Assembly (NCBI GenBank): GCA_040905445.1
Contig: JBBDRN010000043.1
Span: 479-64,478, forward strand
DNA length: 64,000 nt
Reading direction: 5' to 3'
From: Phycisphaeraceae bacterium
Lineage (GTDB): Bacteria > Planctomycetota > Phycisphaerae > Phycisphaerales > Phycisphaeraceae
In this document: positions 24,830 to 34,835 of the stretch, in pieces
Layout of the letters: each line of letters begins with the position of its first letter
How positions within the stretch are numbered: position 1 is the stretch's first letter
Notes under the pieces: generated by a model
Seen by the model: the letters and a program-made list of their open reading frames with translations, nothing else
Databases searched by the model: none
Told to the model about the DNA's origin: nothing
Program-made: the position numbers and the translations under genes

Positions 24830-26230
24830 TTATGACGCGACGGGGGCCGGCGATGTCTTGAGCCGGCTTACCACGGCGCGGAGCTTGCCGCTGCTGGTGC
24901 GCGGGATACTTTCGACATATTCCACATCGATGGCGATCGCGTCGCCCAGCCTGGCGCGGAACTCGTGCATGAGCTGGCGCTCGTCGGCGTCGGTATAGTC
25001 CGCCCGGCGGACGACGAGCACGCGGAGGCGGTCCTCCTGCTCCTGGATGACCTGGCTCTCGGCGATGTGCACCATGTCCTTGAAACAGTGGTCCAGCCGC
25101 CCGATCCGCCTGCCGTCGGGCGTCACGACGTAATCCTCGACGCGTCCGTCGATGTAGCTGGCGACAGGGCCCGCCCGGCCGCAATCGCACGGCGTATCGC
25201 TGAACGTCGCCAGGTCGCCCGTGTCGTAGCGGATGAACGGCTGGGCGTAGTTGTGCAGCGAGGTGCCGACGAGGCTGCAGACCCGGCCCTCGTCGCTGCG
25301 CTGCCGCTCGATGGGCTCGACCGCGGCGAACTCCATGTCCACGTGGTAGTTGAGCTTCTCGCACCGGCTGAGGTTGGCGCAGCCCTCGGCTTGGCCGTAT
25401 TGGTCGGTCACGTCGGCGCCGATCCACTGGCGCATGTCGCGCACCTGCACGGGCAGCAGCGATTCGGCGCCGGTGATGATCCACCGTGGCGGATGTGCCA
25501 GCGGCCGCCCGCGCTGGCGCAGGTGGTCGGCGACGAGGGCGATGGCCGACGGGTAGCCGATGAAGTAGGGGAAGCGGCGCTCCTCGAGCATGCGCACGTA
25601 GGCGGGCATGTTCGCGGGCGTCATGTGGTAAAGCGAGACGTACGTCTGGCGCAGCGGGCGCACCTCGCGCCAGAAGGGCGGCCGCGACTGCCGCAGCGGG
25701 ACGACCGACTGGCCGCTGAAGTTGACGTGCGGATCGCCGAGGTGGAACCCGAACCGACCGCGGTGACGCCACCAGACGGCCCACTGCATGGCGAACGACC
25801 GCGACGAGACGACGAACCGGAGCCCCGCTCCGGTCGTGCCGCTGGTGTGGCAGTGCACGACGGAGCGGCCGGCGACATCGCGGCTGACGAGCTCGTCGCC
25901 GGCGTCGCGGACGATGGCCTTGTTGAGCACCGGGAGGCTGGGCAGGTCGTCGACGCACTGAATATCGTCGGGCTTGAGCTGCCGGGCCTTCATCACCTCG
26001 CGGTAGTAAGGCACCTGCTCGTAGGCATGGGCGATCAGCGCGCGGAGGCGGCTGTCCTGCTCGGTGCGGAGCTTCTCCTGGGGCCACCACTGCGAGTCCT
26101 CAAGCGAGGCCAGCGCCTGGCGAAACACCGGGCCGTAGCGCGTGCGCAGGGTGCGCCGGCCATACAGGCCGCAGAGCATGTTCTGCATCGCGACGGGGGC
26201 CAGCTCGTACAACGTTTTTCCGTAGCCCAT
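24830..26230 (-). CDS. adenylate-forming enzyme, phenylacetate-CoA ligase / coenzyme F390 synthetase (CapK-like) family
   Basis: 466 aa. HTSGTTG AMP-binding motif, YGQAEG, DTGD, SSGKLR. Only the 3' part of ORF 24830..28279 is coding. Confidence 0.8.
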   Translation of the reverse strand: MGYGKTLYELAPVAMQNMLCGLYGRRTLRTRYGPVFRQALASLEDSQWWPQEKLRTEQDSRLRALIAHAYEQVPYYREVMKARQLKPDDIQCVDDLPSLPVLNKAIVRDAGDELVSRDVAGRSVVHCHTSGTTGAGLRFVVSSRSFAMQWAVWWRHRGRFGFHLGDPHVNFSGQSVVPLRQSRPPFWREVRPLRQTYVSLYHMTPANMPAYVRMLEERRFPYFIGYPSAIALVADHLRQRGRPLAHPPRWIITGAESLLPVQVRDMRQWIGADVTDQYGQAEGCANLSRCEKLNYHVDMEFAAVEPIERQRSDEGRVCSLVGTSLHNYAQPFIRYDTGDLATFSDTPCDCGRAGPVASYIDGRVEDYVVTPDGRRIGRLDHCFKDMVHIAESQVIQEQEDRLRVLVVRRADYTDADERQLMHEFRARLGDAIAIDVEYVESIPRTSSGKLRAVVSRLKTSPAPVAS

Positions 26231-26262
26231 GTTTCGTTTCGCCGTGGCCGCGATCCCCGTGG

Positions 26263-28476
26263 TCAGCGTGTCGTCGCGCGGTCGAGCGTCGCGTCGACCG
26301 GGGTCGCGGCGCTGCCGGCGTCGGCGTCGCGGCGGCCGGCGAGCCGGGCGTAGAGCTGCTCGTATTGCGGGATGACATTGTTGACGGTCAGGTTCCGCAC
26401 AACCCAGCGCCGCGCTTCGCGTCCGGCCTCGGGCAGGGCGGCTCGCCGCTCGGCGTCGACCAGCCGCTCGATCGCGTCCGCAAACGCCACCGGGTCGCGG
26501 TCGACGATCAGCGCACCGGCCTCTTCGAGCTCGCGCCAGATCGCCACACCCCGCGTCGTGATCACCGGCGTGCCGCATGCCATCGCCTCGACCTGCACCA
26601 GCCCGAAGTTCTCCATGTACGTCGGCAGGGCGAAGACGTCGGCGGCTTCGTAGAGCGAAAGCTTCACGTCGCCGCGCACCATCCCGAGCCGGAGGACGCG
26701 CTGCGCCAGGTTGTAGCGCTCGATGCGGTCGATCAGGTCGCGGGCGTAGTCGCGCTCGCTCTCGGGGCCGGCGAGGAACAGCTTGGCCTTGACGCCGCGC
26801 TCCGTGAGGATACGCATCGCCTCGACGAGCACGTCGGCCCCCTTCTTCGGGTGCAGGCGGCTGAGGTAGAGGATGCGAAAGTCGTCGCCCGCCAGCGCCG
26901 GGAAGGTCTGCTCCGCCAACGCCGGGCCCGGCAGGTGCTGGAACTGCGTCAGGTCGCAGATCAGGGGGATCGCCGCGAGGCGGGCGTACGGAATGATCGT
27001 CTGCGACTCGCGCAGCTCCTCGCTGGCGGTGCACAGCACGCAGGCGGCCCGGTCGAGGTAGCGCCGGCCGCCGGCCACGAGATACGCCCGCTTCTTCAGC
27101 CACTTCTGCTCCATCGGCCACTCCGAGAGCGTGCCGTGGGGCGAGACGACGTAAGGCACGCCGGCTCGCCGGGCGCTGGCGGCGAGTTGCAGGTTCGGCA
27201 GGTGCCAGACCTCGTGCAGGTGCAGCACGTCGGCGTCGCGCAGCATCGCCTCGACGCTGCGCCGGGCGGTGCGCGAGATCGGGCCCCCCACCACCGCGGG
27301 CGGGTCGATGACGATCACGCGCGGCCGGCCGGGCGTGTGGTGACGCCAATCCTCCGGCACGTCGGCGGCGGTGTGCGTCAGGATGGTCACACGGTGCCCG
27401 CGGGCGGCGGAGGCGGCGGCGATGTCCAGCACCGCCCGCACCACGCCGCCACGCTCGAGCTCCAGGTACGCCAGGTAGTGCACGATGTGCAGCCGGTCGC
27501 CCGGCGGCACGGGCTCGACCTCGAAGCGGTGAGCCGTCTCCACCAGCGCCTGCTCGGCCTGCTGCTGGCCCCGGGCGGCACGATCGGCGGCGAAGGCCTG
27601 CCTCTGCGCCTCGGAGTCGATGACGCGCGGGTGGTAGTCGCCCACCTCCGGGTCCGTGGGCGCGAGCACGCGGCCGGTGGTCTGCATCTCCCAGACCTTC
27701 AGCGCATGCCAGCGCGACAGCCCGGCGCGCAGCCAGGCCCACGATCGGCCGACGTAGCCGTCGAAAATCGCCCCCTGAGCGAACATGAGGTAGCACCACA
27801 TCCACCAGTGCGACGCGGGCAGCTTGGAGTAGAGCCACTTGAAGAACATCCGCCGCTCCAGGCGCTTGCCGAACAGCCGCGGCTCCAGCGCGTAGCGGTT
27901 GCCCTGGTGGGCCTCGATCGCCCGCATGGTGGTGTAGCGGTTCTGCTTGCGGAGCCAGTGGTCGAGGTCGGGGCTGTCGTAGTGCTCGAGCAGGGCGTTG
28001 AGCTTGCCCTCGCGCCCTTCGACGATCGGGTGCTCGTTGACGAGCAGGTCGGAGAAGCGGCAAGTGCCCGTGCGCCACAGGCGCGTGACCCACTGGGTCT
28101 GGCGCATCGGCTTGCCGAGAAACCAGAGCCGTCGGCGGAAGCCGTAGACGTCGCAGGACGGGGGTGTCTTGAACAGCTCGCGCAGCTCGTGCTCCAGCGC
28201 CGGCGTGACGCGCTCGTCCGGGTCGAGCTTCATCACCCAGTCGGTCGTGATCGGCAGGTTGTCGAGCGCCCAGTTCCACTGGTCGCCGAAGTTGGTGAAC
28301 GGCCGCTGAACGACCGTCGCGCCGTGGTCGAGGGCGATATCGACCGTGCGGTCGGTCGAGAGGCTGTCGACGACGAAGACGTGCTCCACCCAGCCCTGGA
28401 CGTTCTCCAGCAGCCCCGGCAGGTAGTGCTCCTCGTTGAGCGTGAGGATGATCAGTGAGATGGGCAGCTTGGGCAT
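26263..28476 (-). CDS. bifunctional glycosyltransferase (N-terminal GT2 fused to C-terminal GT4/GT1)
   Basis: N-terminus ISLIILTLNEE...VVDSLSTDRT...DPDE (GT2). C-terminus ILYLSRLHPKKG...PTYMENFGLVQVEAMACGTPVI (GT4 EX7E region). Confidence 0.85.
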   Translation of the reverse strand: MPKLPISLIILTLNEEHYLPGLLENVQGWVEHVFVVDSLSTDRTVDIALDHGATVVQRPFTNFGDQWNWALDNLPITTDWVMKLDPDERVTPALEHELRELFKTPPSCDVYGFRRRLWFLGKPMRQTQWVTRLWRTGTCRFSDLLVNEHPIVEGREGKLNALLEHYDSPDLDHWLRKQNRYTTMRAIEAHQGNRYALEPRLFGKRLERRMFFKWLYSKLPASHWWMWCYLMFAQGAIFDGYVGRSWAWLRAGLSRWHALKVWEMQTTGRVLAPTDPEVGDYHPRVIDSEAQRQAFAADRAARGQQQAEQALVETAHRFEVEPVPPGDRLHIVHYLAYLELERGGVVRAVLDIAAASAARGHRVTILTHTAADVPEDWRHHTPGRPRVIVIDPPAVVGGPISRTARRSVEAMLRDADVLHLHEVWHLPNLQLAASARRAGVPYVVSPHGTLSEWPMEQKWLKKRAYLVAGGRRYLDRAACVLCTASEELRESQTIIPYARLAAIPLICDLTQFQHLPGPALAEQTFPALAGDDFRILYLSRLHPKKGADVLVEAMRILTERGVKAKLFLAGPESERDYARDLIDRIERYNLAQRVLRLGMVRGDVKLSLYEAADVFALPTYMENFGLVQVEAMACGTPVITTRGVAIWRELEEAGALIVDRDPVAFADAIERLVDAERRAALPEAGREARRWVVRNLTVNNVIPQYEQLYARLAGRRDADAGSAATPVDATLDRATTR

Positions 28477-28638
28477 GGCGGCTGTCGCGGGGGCGCGTGT
28501 CTCAAGCGCCGGTTTTTCATCGAGTTAGGGGGCGGGGCCGAATGCCGGGATTTTATCAGGGCTGGGACGCGCGGACAACGCGGGGGGCGCGGGCCGGCCA
28601 CGCCCCCGCCGCTGGCAATTGCATCGGCAGATGGTGCG

Positions 28639-29367
28639 TTGGGGTTGACGCCCGCGCCCACCGGTAAGATGCCCGCCATGCCCCAGCCGCCGACACCCCC
28701 GCCCACACCCCCGCCGCTGGCGCCCGCCCCGCTGGAGCTGACCGGGCGCGACCGCGCCTGGTGGCTGGAGATGGAAGAGCGCGTCATCGCCTCGCTGGTG
28801 GACCTCGAGCCGCTCGGCTTCATCATCGCCCCGCTGCCCTATGAGCGCGGCTGGACGCAGGACGCGACGTGTCGGCTGCGGGCCGGCGTTGCGGCCGCAC
28901 TCGTCCGCGCCCGCGACCACCTGCCCACCGGCTGCAATTTCAAGATCCTCGACGCCCATCGCCCGTGGGCGCTGCAGCAGCTCTACGCCGAGCGCTCCGA
29001 GCAGCGCATCCGCGAGGCCCACCCGGACTGGAGCGACGCCGAGGTCACGGCCCACCTCTGGCGCATGGCGCCGCCGGCGCGCGTCGTGCCGCGGCTGGGC
29101 TCGCACCGCTACGGCGGGGCGGTCGACGTCGCGGTCGTCGACGACGCGGGCAAAGAGCTCGACATGGGCGTGCCGGCGGGATACGTCGCGGGACCGGAGT
29201 CGTACCTGCTGCATTACGAACTCAATGAGCCACCCGCGGCCGCGGACGCGTCGGCGTGGGCGGCGCGGGAGAATCGGCGGGTGCTGATGCGCGCGATGCA
29301 GGCGGGCGGGTTTGACCCATACCTGCCCGAGTGGTGGCACTGGAGCTGCCAGCGCGATGTGGTGTGA
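28639..29367 (+). CDS. D-alanyl-D-alanine dipeptidase-like M15 peptidase (VanX/DdpX family); start uncertain
   Basis: ILDAHRP, GSHRYGGAVDV and PEWWHW motifs match zinc ligands and the catalytic region of VanX-type enzymes. Confidence 0.65.
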   Translation: MGLTPAPTGKMPAMPQPPTPPPTPPPLAPAPLELTGRDRAWWLEMEERVIASLVDLEPLGFIIAPLPYERGWTQDATCRLRAGVAAALVRARDHLPTGCNFKILDAHRPWALQQLYAERSEQRIREAHPDWSDAEVTAHLWRMAPPARVVPRLGSHRYGGAVDVAVVDDAGKELDMGVPAGYVAGPESYLLHYELNEPPAAADASAWAARENRRVLMRAMQAGGFDPYLPEWWHWSCQRDVV

Positions 29368-29403
29368 CGCGGCGGGGGGCGCCACCGCCCGCCACCGCGC
29401 CCG

Positions 29404-29793
29404 CTACTGCCGCGGGGCGGCGCCGGGCAGGCGGCTGCGGATCTGGTTGAAGACCTCGAGGCGCAGGCCCTCGGCATCGCGGTCGGCGCGGACGCCGACG
29501 CGCGTGCTCGCCTCGCCGGCGGGCTCGACCGTGATGCGCACGTGGGTGTCGAAGGCGTTGCGCGTCTCGAAGCGCGTCTCGCCGCCGCGCGTCCGCTCCT
29601 CGATGAGCTGGAGGTTCATGGCGGTGATCGCCTCGCGCGTCGCCTCGACGACCTCGTCGGCCGAGGCGCCCATGTGCTCGCGGTGCGTGCCCCATCGCAT
29701 GTCAATGCCCGGCTCGCGCCGACACGCCGGCGCCAGCGCGAAGCTGAAGATGAGCAGGGCGAACACGACAACGGCAGCAATTCGATGAGACAT
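29404..29793 (-). CDS. small lipoprotein, function unknown
   Basis: Lipobox FALAPAC after a hydrophobic signal. Start set at the internal Met (MSHRIAAVVVF...). Confidence 0.55.
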   Translation of the reverse strand: MSHRIAAVVVFALLIFSFALAPACRREPGIDMRWGTHREHMGASADEVVEATREAITAMNLQLIEERTRGGETRFETRNAFDTHVRITVEPAGEASTRVGVRADRDAEGLRLEVFNQIRSRLPGAAPRQ

Positions 29794-29846
29794 GGCGTGG
29801 CTCCGGTGGCTGATGGCTGGTGGGTAATGGCTGGTGGCTACGCAAC

Positions 29847-31790
29847 TCACTCCGCGTCGGCGAGCGGGTCCGTCAGGCGCAGGCTCAGGCTGTCGCGCGT
29901 CGAGCCGGTGGCGTCGACACGCAGCGGCAACTGGTCGGCCTGGGCGTTGATCGCGCCGACGAGCTGCTCGTAGCTGCCCGTGTAGCGCAGGTTGAAGCGG
30001 CCGGTGTCCTCCTCGTGACGGTCGAAGTCGACGCTCACGATGGTGTCCACCTGCTCATCGAGCGCGTTCATCACGGCAAAGACATCGCGCTGATCGCGCG
30101 CCCCGGTCACGCTCACGCTGATGCGCTGCGGCGGCTGCCAGAAGCTCAGCGCCTGGTCGAGCATCGAGCCCGCGGCGTAGGCGGCCGCGAATTCCATCGT
30201 GCCCCGCCGGAACGCCGAACCCGAGAAAACCGGCAGGTCGCTGGACCAGCTATCGGCCGCGAGCACGCTGCCGTCGTTCAGCCGCACCGTGCGGAACGTG
30301 TACCGGACGCTGCCCGCGGCGTCGATGCGGCCGACGCCGTGGACCAGGATGTCGATGTCCGCGCTTTGGCCCACGAGGCGCATCAGCTCGTCCTCGCGGA
30401 ACAGCTCGCGCTCGGCGTCGACCTGCTCGGCGAGGCTGGAGCGGACGCGTGCCGGGTCGACCATGACGAGGCCCAGGTCGAGCATCCGCTTGTAGAGCGT
30501 GTCCTCCATCTGGCGCGTGTCGAGCAGGGCGCGGGCCTCGGCGTCGAGGTCGAGCGCGGGCTCGCCGGGCCGCGGCCGCCGGCTCGTCGTGGCGATGTTG
30601 ACGGTCACGACGCTGCCGGCTTCGTTGTCGGCCTCGCCATCGAGACCCGCAAGGTCGTCGCGGTAGCGCGGGTGGCGGCGCTCCGCCTCGGACAGCGCGC
30701 GGCTGATGACGATGCCGACGCGCGGCCGACCCTGCGCTTCGTACTGCTCGGCCAGTTCGGCGCGGGCCTGCTCGTGTTCGCGATGCGTGGGCACGACCAG
30801 CCGCGTCCAGCGCGGCAGGCGCGAGACCGCCGGCTCGGCGACGAGCGTGATCGTCCCGGCGCTGCCGTCCGTCGCGTCGATGCGCATGCCCAGCTCGTCG
30901 CGCGCCGCCTGCTGCAGGCCCAGCATCAGGTCGAGCGGTCGCCCGCCGTGGTCGATCGTCAGCGACGCGATGGAGCGCAGGCCGTCCGCGCTCATCCCGC
31001 CGTCGCGCACGCGCTGGACGTGGTCGATCTGCTCGAAGGCGTTGCGGGCCTTGACGAGTTGCTCGACGTCGTCGACGCCGACGAGCCGGACGGTGTAGCG
31101 CCTTGCGGGCGCCTGCCCGTCGGGGCGGACGTACCAGTTGGCGAGCTGCTCGACGAACCGGCGGGTGATCTGCTCGGCGTAGGCGTTGATGGTGCGCGCG
31201 TCGTTGCCCTGCATCCAGTCGAAGCCGAAGCCCCCGATGCTGCGCGCCCGCGGCACGTCGATGATCTCGACGCTCACGCGGTAGCGCGCCCCGTGGCCGG
31301 CGACCTGCGGCGACTGGAGCATGCGGATGACGACGGCGAGCTCCGCGTTGATCTCGCTGCCCAGCAGGTCCAGGGCGCGGCGCTCGTCGCGCATGTTCAT
31401 CTGCTGCGCCTCGCGGCGAGCGCGTTCGCTCAGCGCGTCGAGGCTCACGAGCTCGACGCCCGGGCGCTGCCGCAGCAGACGCTCGATCTCCAGCCGAAGC
31501 TGCTGCGCGTCGCCCGCGTTGTCGAGCAGATTGATGCCGGCGCCGGCGTGGCGGTCGGCGCCCGGACGACCGGCGACGGCGCGCTCCTGGCCCGTCGACG
31601 ACGTGCGCCCGGCGAGAATGAGAATCGTCGGCTCGCCCGCGGCCTCATACGCCCGCTCGAAGAGGGCGATGTCCGGAGCGTCGACGTCCGCGTCAAGCCG
31701 CGGCGGGTCGGGCCGGCCCTGTGCGTGCGCCACACCGCCCGCGGCGGCGAAGCCCAGCGAAGCGGCGAGCAGTAGCGTGGCGATGCGCAT
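29847..31790 (-). CDS. secreted hypothetical protein with internally duplicated two-domain architecture
   Basis: Signal peptide MRIATLLLAASLGFAAAGGVAHAQG. 647 aa. The two halves share the same order of segment types (see findings). Confidence 0.7.
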   Translation of the reverse strand: MRIATLLLAASLGFAAAGGVAHAQGRPDPPRLDADVDAPDIALFERAYEAAGEPTILILAGRTSSTGQERAVAGRPGADRHAGAGINLLDNAGDAQQLRLEIERLLRQRPGVELVSLDALSERARREAQQMNMRDERRALDLLGSEINAELAVVIRMLQSPQVAGHGARYRVSVEIIDVPRARSIGGFGFDWMQGNDARTINAYAEQITRRFVEQLANWYVRPDGQAPARRYTVRLVGVDDVEQLVKARNAFEQIDHVQRVRDGGMSADGLRSIASLTIDHGGRPLDLMLGLQQAARDELGMRIDATDGSAGTITLVAEPAVSRLPRWTRLVVPTHREHEQARAELAEQYEAQGRPRVGIVISRALSEAERRHPRYRDDLAGLDGEADNEAGSVVTVNIATTSRRPRPGEPALDLDAEARALLDTRQMEDTLYKRMLDLGLVMVDPARVRSSLAEQVDAERELFREDELMRLVGQSADIDILVHGVGRIDAAGSVRYTFRTVRLNDGSVLAADSWSSDLPVFSGSAFRRGTMEFAAAYAAGSMLDQALSFWQPPQRISVSVTGARDQRDVFAVMNALDEQVDTIVSVDFDRHEEDTGRFNLRYTGSYEQLVGAINAQADQLPLRVDATGSTRDSLSLRLTDPLADAE

Positions 31791-31924
31791 GGCGTGATCT
31801 CCAGGGGAAAATTGACGATGGACAAGTGACAATGCACCAACGCGAGCCGGCATCGGCCAACGGTCATCCGCCTCGCGTTGTCCCTTGTGCATTGTGCATT
31901 GGGCATTGTGCGTTCTGCCTCGCC

Positions 31925-32350
31925 TTACCGCTCCGGGCGGATCTCGAGGCGCCAGTCCGCGGCGGCGGTCTGCCGGGCGTTCGCCTCCAGGTTCGCCTGC
32001 AGCCGCGGCTCCAGTCGCTCCAGGCGCCAACCGCTGTCGTGCAGGTCCCGGCCGCGCTCATCCAGGAACCGGAAGCGGTATTGCAGCGACAGTGGCTCAT
32101 CCACGACCGAGCGCACGGGCACCGTCACGCTCATCGGCCGCGTGGCGGTCGACGCGTCGACGATCGGCTCCTCGACGACCAGCGCATGGTCGAGCCCCGC
32201 GATCGCGACGTGCCGCGGATAGTTGCCGCCCAGCGGATCCTGCCGCATGGTCGGCGGCGCCTGCGTGGTGTCGCGGCAGCCCGCGCCCGCGGCAAGGACG
32301 ACAACGAGAACAAGCAGGCCGGGGCGGACGATGCGTCGGGGTGTGTGCAT
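31925..32350 (-). CDS. YcfL-like (DUF1425) lipoprotein (tentative)
   Basis: 141 aa with lipobox LAAGAGC. LSLQYRFRFLDERGRDL resembles the YcfL Y-x-F-x-W-x-D-x-x-G region. Confidence 0.5.
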   Translation of the reverse strand: MHTPRRIVRPGLLVLVVVLAAGAGCRDTTQAPPTMRQDPLGGNYPRHVAIAGLDHALVVEEPIVDASTATRPMSVTVPVRSVVDEPLSLQYRFRFLDERGRDLHDSGWRLERLEPRLQANLEANARQTAAADWRLEIRPER

Positions 32351-32401
32351 GATGGGGCCTCAACAGGTGGTGTGCATGATGCGGTCTTGGACAGGTGAAG
32401 G

Positions 32402-34147
32402 TCACGGGCCCGCCAGGGTCGCCGCTTCGGGCGCCGGGTTCAACTGCTGGCGGACGTGCTCGGCCAGCTCGCGCACTTCGAGGCTGCCGGGCTCATAGGG
32501 CGGGTGCTCGCGATAGAACAGTCGGGCATAGCCCATGGTACCGCGCGCGGGGGTGACGAGCGTGTCGCCACCTTCGAGCACGTGTCGGCCCGGGTAGGTG
32601 CCGCGCTCGTAGTCGACCTCGATGCCCTCGAGCTCGTAGAGCACGCGCAGGTCGGTCAGGGTGAGGCCTTCGAGGAAGCCGTCACGCTGGTAGGAGGCGA
32701 GCACCTCGGCACTGGGCGGGCGGACGCATCGGCCGCCGAGGATGTAGGGCAGGTTCGGCCCGACGTCGGCCTGGCCATCGGGGTCCGAGTAGTAGCGCGT
32801 CGCGCTGACGGCCCACGCGGGCGGGCCCGGCTGGGCGTGGGTGCCGACGCCCGCGAGCAGGCGGAGGTAGCGGACCTGGACGCTGCGGCCCTCGCCGTCG
32901 ACGCCGCGCAGGATGAAGCGCGAGCGTGCGTCGCCGACGACCTGGACCTCGAGCGGGCGGTTCGGGTCGTCGACCCGCAGCGGCGCGACGTAGACCCGCT
33001 GGGGCAGGTATTCGAGCTGCCGGGTGTCGGCCGCGGCGGCGGCTCGGGCGGCCGCGCCGCCCGCCTGCATCAACAGGCCGCCGATCTGCATGTACGTGTT
33101 GTCCGACGCCGCGCCGACCACCGTCACCACCTGCCCGGCGGCCTGAACGGCCCGGCCCATCTCGGCACGCGCCCGGCGCATGTCTTCGATGCTGTTCCAC
33201 CGGTGGTCGCGCGCCATCGTGTTCACGTCGCAGACAACCGGGAACAGGTGCTCGGCGCCATCCGCGACGACGCGCAGCGGGCGCGGGTCGCTCGGCCCGC
33301 GATGGACGAAGCGGGCGACCGTGTTGTCCGGCCCGGTCGCGATCTTGCGCGGCGCCATGCCGTAGTCCACCACCAGCAGCGTGTTGTAGTCGCCGGCCCG
33401 CAGTTCATCGACCAGCGACCCGAGCCCGGGGTCGATCGTCAGCACCTTGCTGAAGTGCTCCTCCGCTTCGCCGTCGCGCCCGATCTGCTGGTTCGCCACC
33501 GCGCTCATGAGGTACCCGAGCGTGAAATCTGACTCGACCGCTTCGTAGTCCTCGAAGTATTCCTCGCCCTCGTCGGCGTCGACGGCATCACGGACGACGG
33601 CCTCGGCCTCGCGCGGCTGGCCGTCCTCGTCCGTCCCGAAGTCGCGCAGGTGGAACATCGCGTTGCTCAGCGCCGCGCGCGTGTTGTCCCACGAGCCCTG
33701 CATCGCGTAGTGCAGCCCCACGTAGTGGTATGCCAGCGCCTGCTCGAACGGCTCGCCCTTCCAGATCCGCCCGCCCTCGCTCTCGAAGATCGACATCGTC
33801 GTGCGGTCGGGGTTGAGCCCCTGCATGCGGAGCATCTCGTAGATTTCCTCGTAGAGGATGTCCGCGTCGTGCGGGTACCCGTCCGCGAGCGTCACGAGCG
33901 CCAGGCGGAGCCGCGCGAGGATGTAGTCGCGGTCGCTCTTCTCGAGCCGGCGGTCGCCGTCCTCCGTGGGCGTGACGTTGGCGGGCACGCGCTGCTGCAG
34001 GTGCGTGCGCACGATGCCGTACTCGCCTTCGCCGAACTTCTGGTCGAGGTGGACGCGAGGCCCCTGGCAGCCGGCGAGCGCGGCGGCGAGCAGGCCCATC
34101 GCGGGCAGCAGCAGCAGGCGTCGACGGGCGGGGGGCTGCAAGCTCAA
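32402..34147 (-). CDS. large lipoprotein, function unknown (COG3014-like suspected)
   Basis: Lipobox AALAGC. 581 aa. Helical TPR-like N-terminal half. Confidence 0.65.
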   Translation of the reverse strand: MSLQPPARRRLLLLPAMGLLAAALAGCQGPRVHLDQKFGEGEYGIVRTHLQQRVPANVTPTEDGDRRLEKSDRDYILARLRLALVTLADGYPHDADILYEEIYEMLRMQGLNPDRTTMSIFESEGGRIWKGEPFEQALAYHYVGLHYAMQGSWDNTRAALSNAMFHLRDFGTDEDGQPREAEAVVRDAVDADEGEEYFEDYEAVESDFTLGYLMSAVANQQIGRDGEAEEHFSKVLTIDPGLGSLVDELRAGDYNTLLVVDYGMAPRKIATGPDNTVARFVHRGPSDPRPLRVVADGAEHLFPVVCDVNTMARDHRWNSIEDMRRARAEMGRAVQAAGQVVTVVGAASDNTYMQIGGLLMQAGGAAARAAAAADTRQLEYLPQRVYVAPLRVDDPNRPLEVQVVGDARSRFILRGVDGEGRSVQVRYLRLLAGVGTHAQPGPPAWAVSATRYYSDPDGQADVGPNLPYILGGRCVRPPSAEVLASYQRDGFLEGLTLTDLRVLYELEGIEVDYERGTYPGRHVLEGGDTLVTPARGTMGYARLFYREHPPYEPGSLEVRELAEHVRQQLNPAPEAATLAGP

Positions 34148-34185
34148 AGCGGTCCTTCTTCACGCACGACGCCGGGGCAGCGCGG

Positions 34186-34785
34186 TCAATCGATCGCCAG
34201 GCCCGCGGCCTCGCGGCTGAACTCGAACGTCTCCATCCACTCGACCTGCCGCGTGTCGAGCTCCGTGATGGAGTACTCAAGATAGTAGTGGTCGGTTCGC
34301 CGGCCGACGAACCGCTCGTCGGCGCGGCGCTGCTGCTCGCTGCCGGTGCGCGGGGCGGACATGAACACGGCGTGCATGACGTGCGTGGTGCGGGGCAGCT
34401 CGTGCAGCGTCTGGCCGTAGCCGCGGTCGCGGAGCATCTGCTGCCGCTCGGGCGGGATCTGGAAGTGGATGTTGTGCTGCTGCGAAAGCTGCTGCAGCGA
34501 CATCGCCCCCTGCACGCGGGCCATCAGCATCCACTGCTCGGGCATCGGGATGATGTCGGTCGTCAGGTTCTCGACCCGGTTGATCGTGATGTAGATGGGC
34601 TCCGACTCGGGCGTGCGCCCGGCGAGGAAGCTGCTGCCGGCGAGGCTGTCGGCCATGCGGGCGACCGTCTCGTCGAAGTCCTCGGGCTGAATGCGCGTCG
34701 TCGTGGGCGTCGCGCCACCCGCGCAGCCGCCGACGAGAAGCGCGGCAGCGATCGCGATGCTGAGCCCCATCGTTCGCACGGGCAT
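34186..34785 (-). CDS. LpoB-like (COG3417) lipoprotein (tentative); start 34815/34785/34770 uncertain
   Basis: Lipobox LLVGGC. PIYITINRVENLTTD matches the LpoB-type x-N-x-T core. Confidence 0.5.
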   Translation of the reverse strand: MPVRTMGLSIAIAAALLVGGCAGGATPTTTRIQPEDFDETVARMADSLAGSSFLAGRTPESEPIYITINRVENLTTDIIPMPEQWMLMARVQGAMSLQQLSQQHNIHFQIPPERQQMLRDRGYGQTLHELPRTTHVMHAVFMSAPRTGSEQQRRADERFVGRRTDHYYLEYSITELDTRQVEWMETFEFSREAAGLAID

Positions 34786-34835
34786 CGCTCCTTGCCGGAC
34801 CAAGGTCATTGTCATGGGACGCGCACCGACGGCGG

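Noticed and set aside
26231-28279. Upstream 683 codons of ORF 24830-28279, which would make a 1149-aa protein.
   Set aside because: This part is out of frame with, and overlaps, the well-supported glycosyltransferase gene 26263-28476. The ligase homology starts at Met 26230. The same reasoning trims ORFs 44234-46921 (purB), 51028-54189 (DUF255), 22072-23196 (thiS), 22854-24152 (thiG) and 22150-23133 (methyltransferase).
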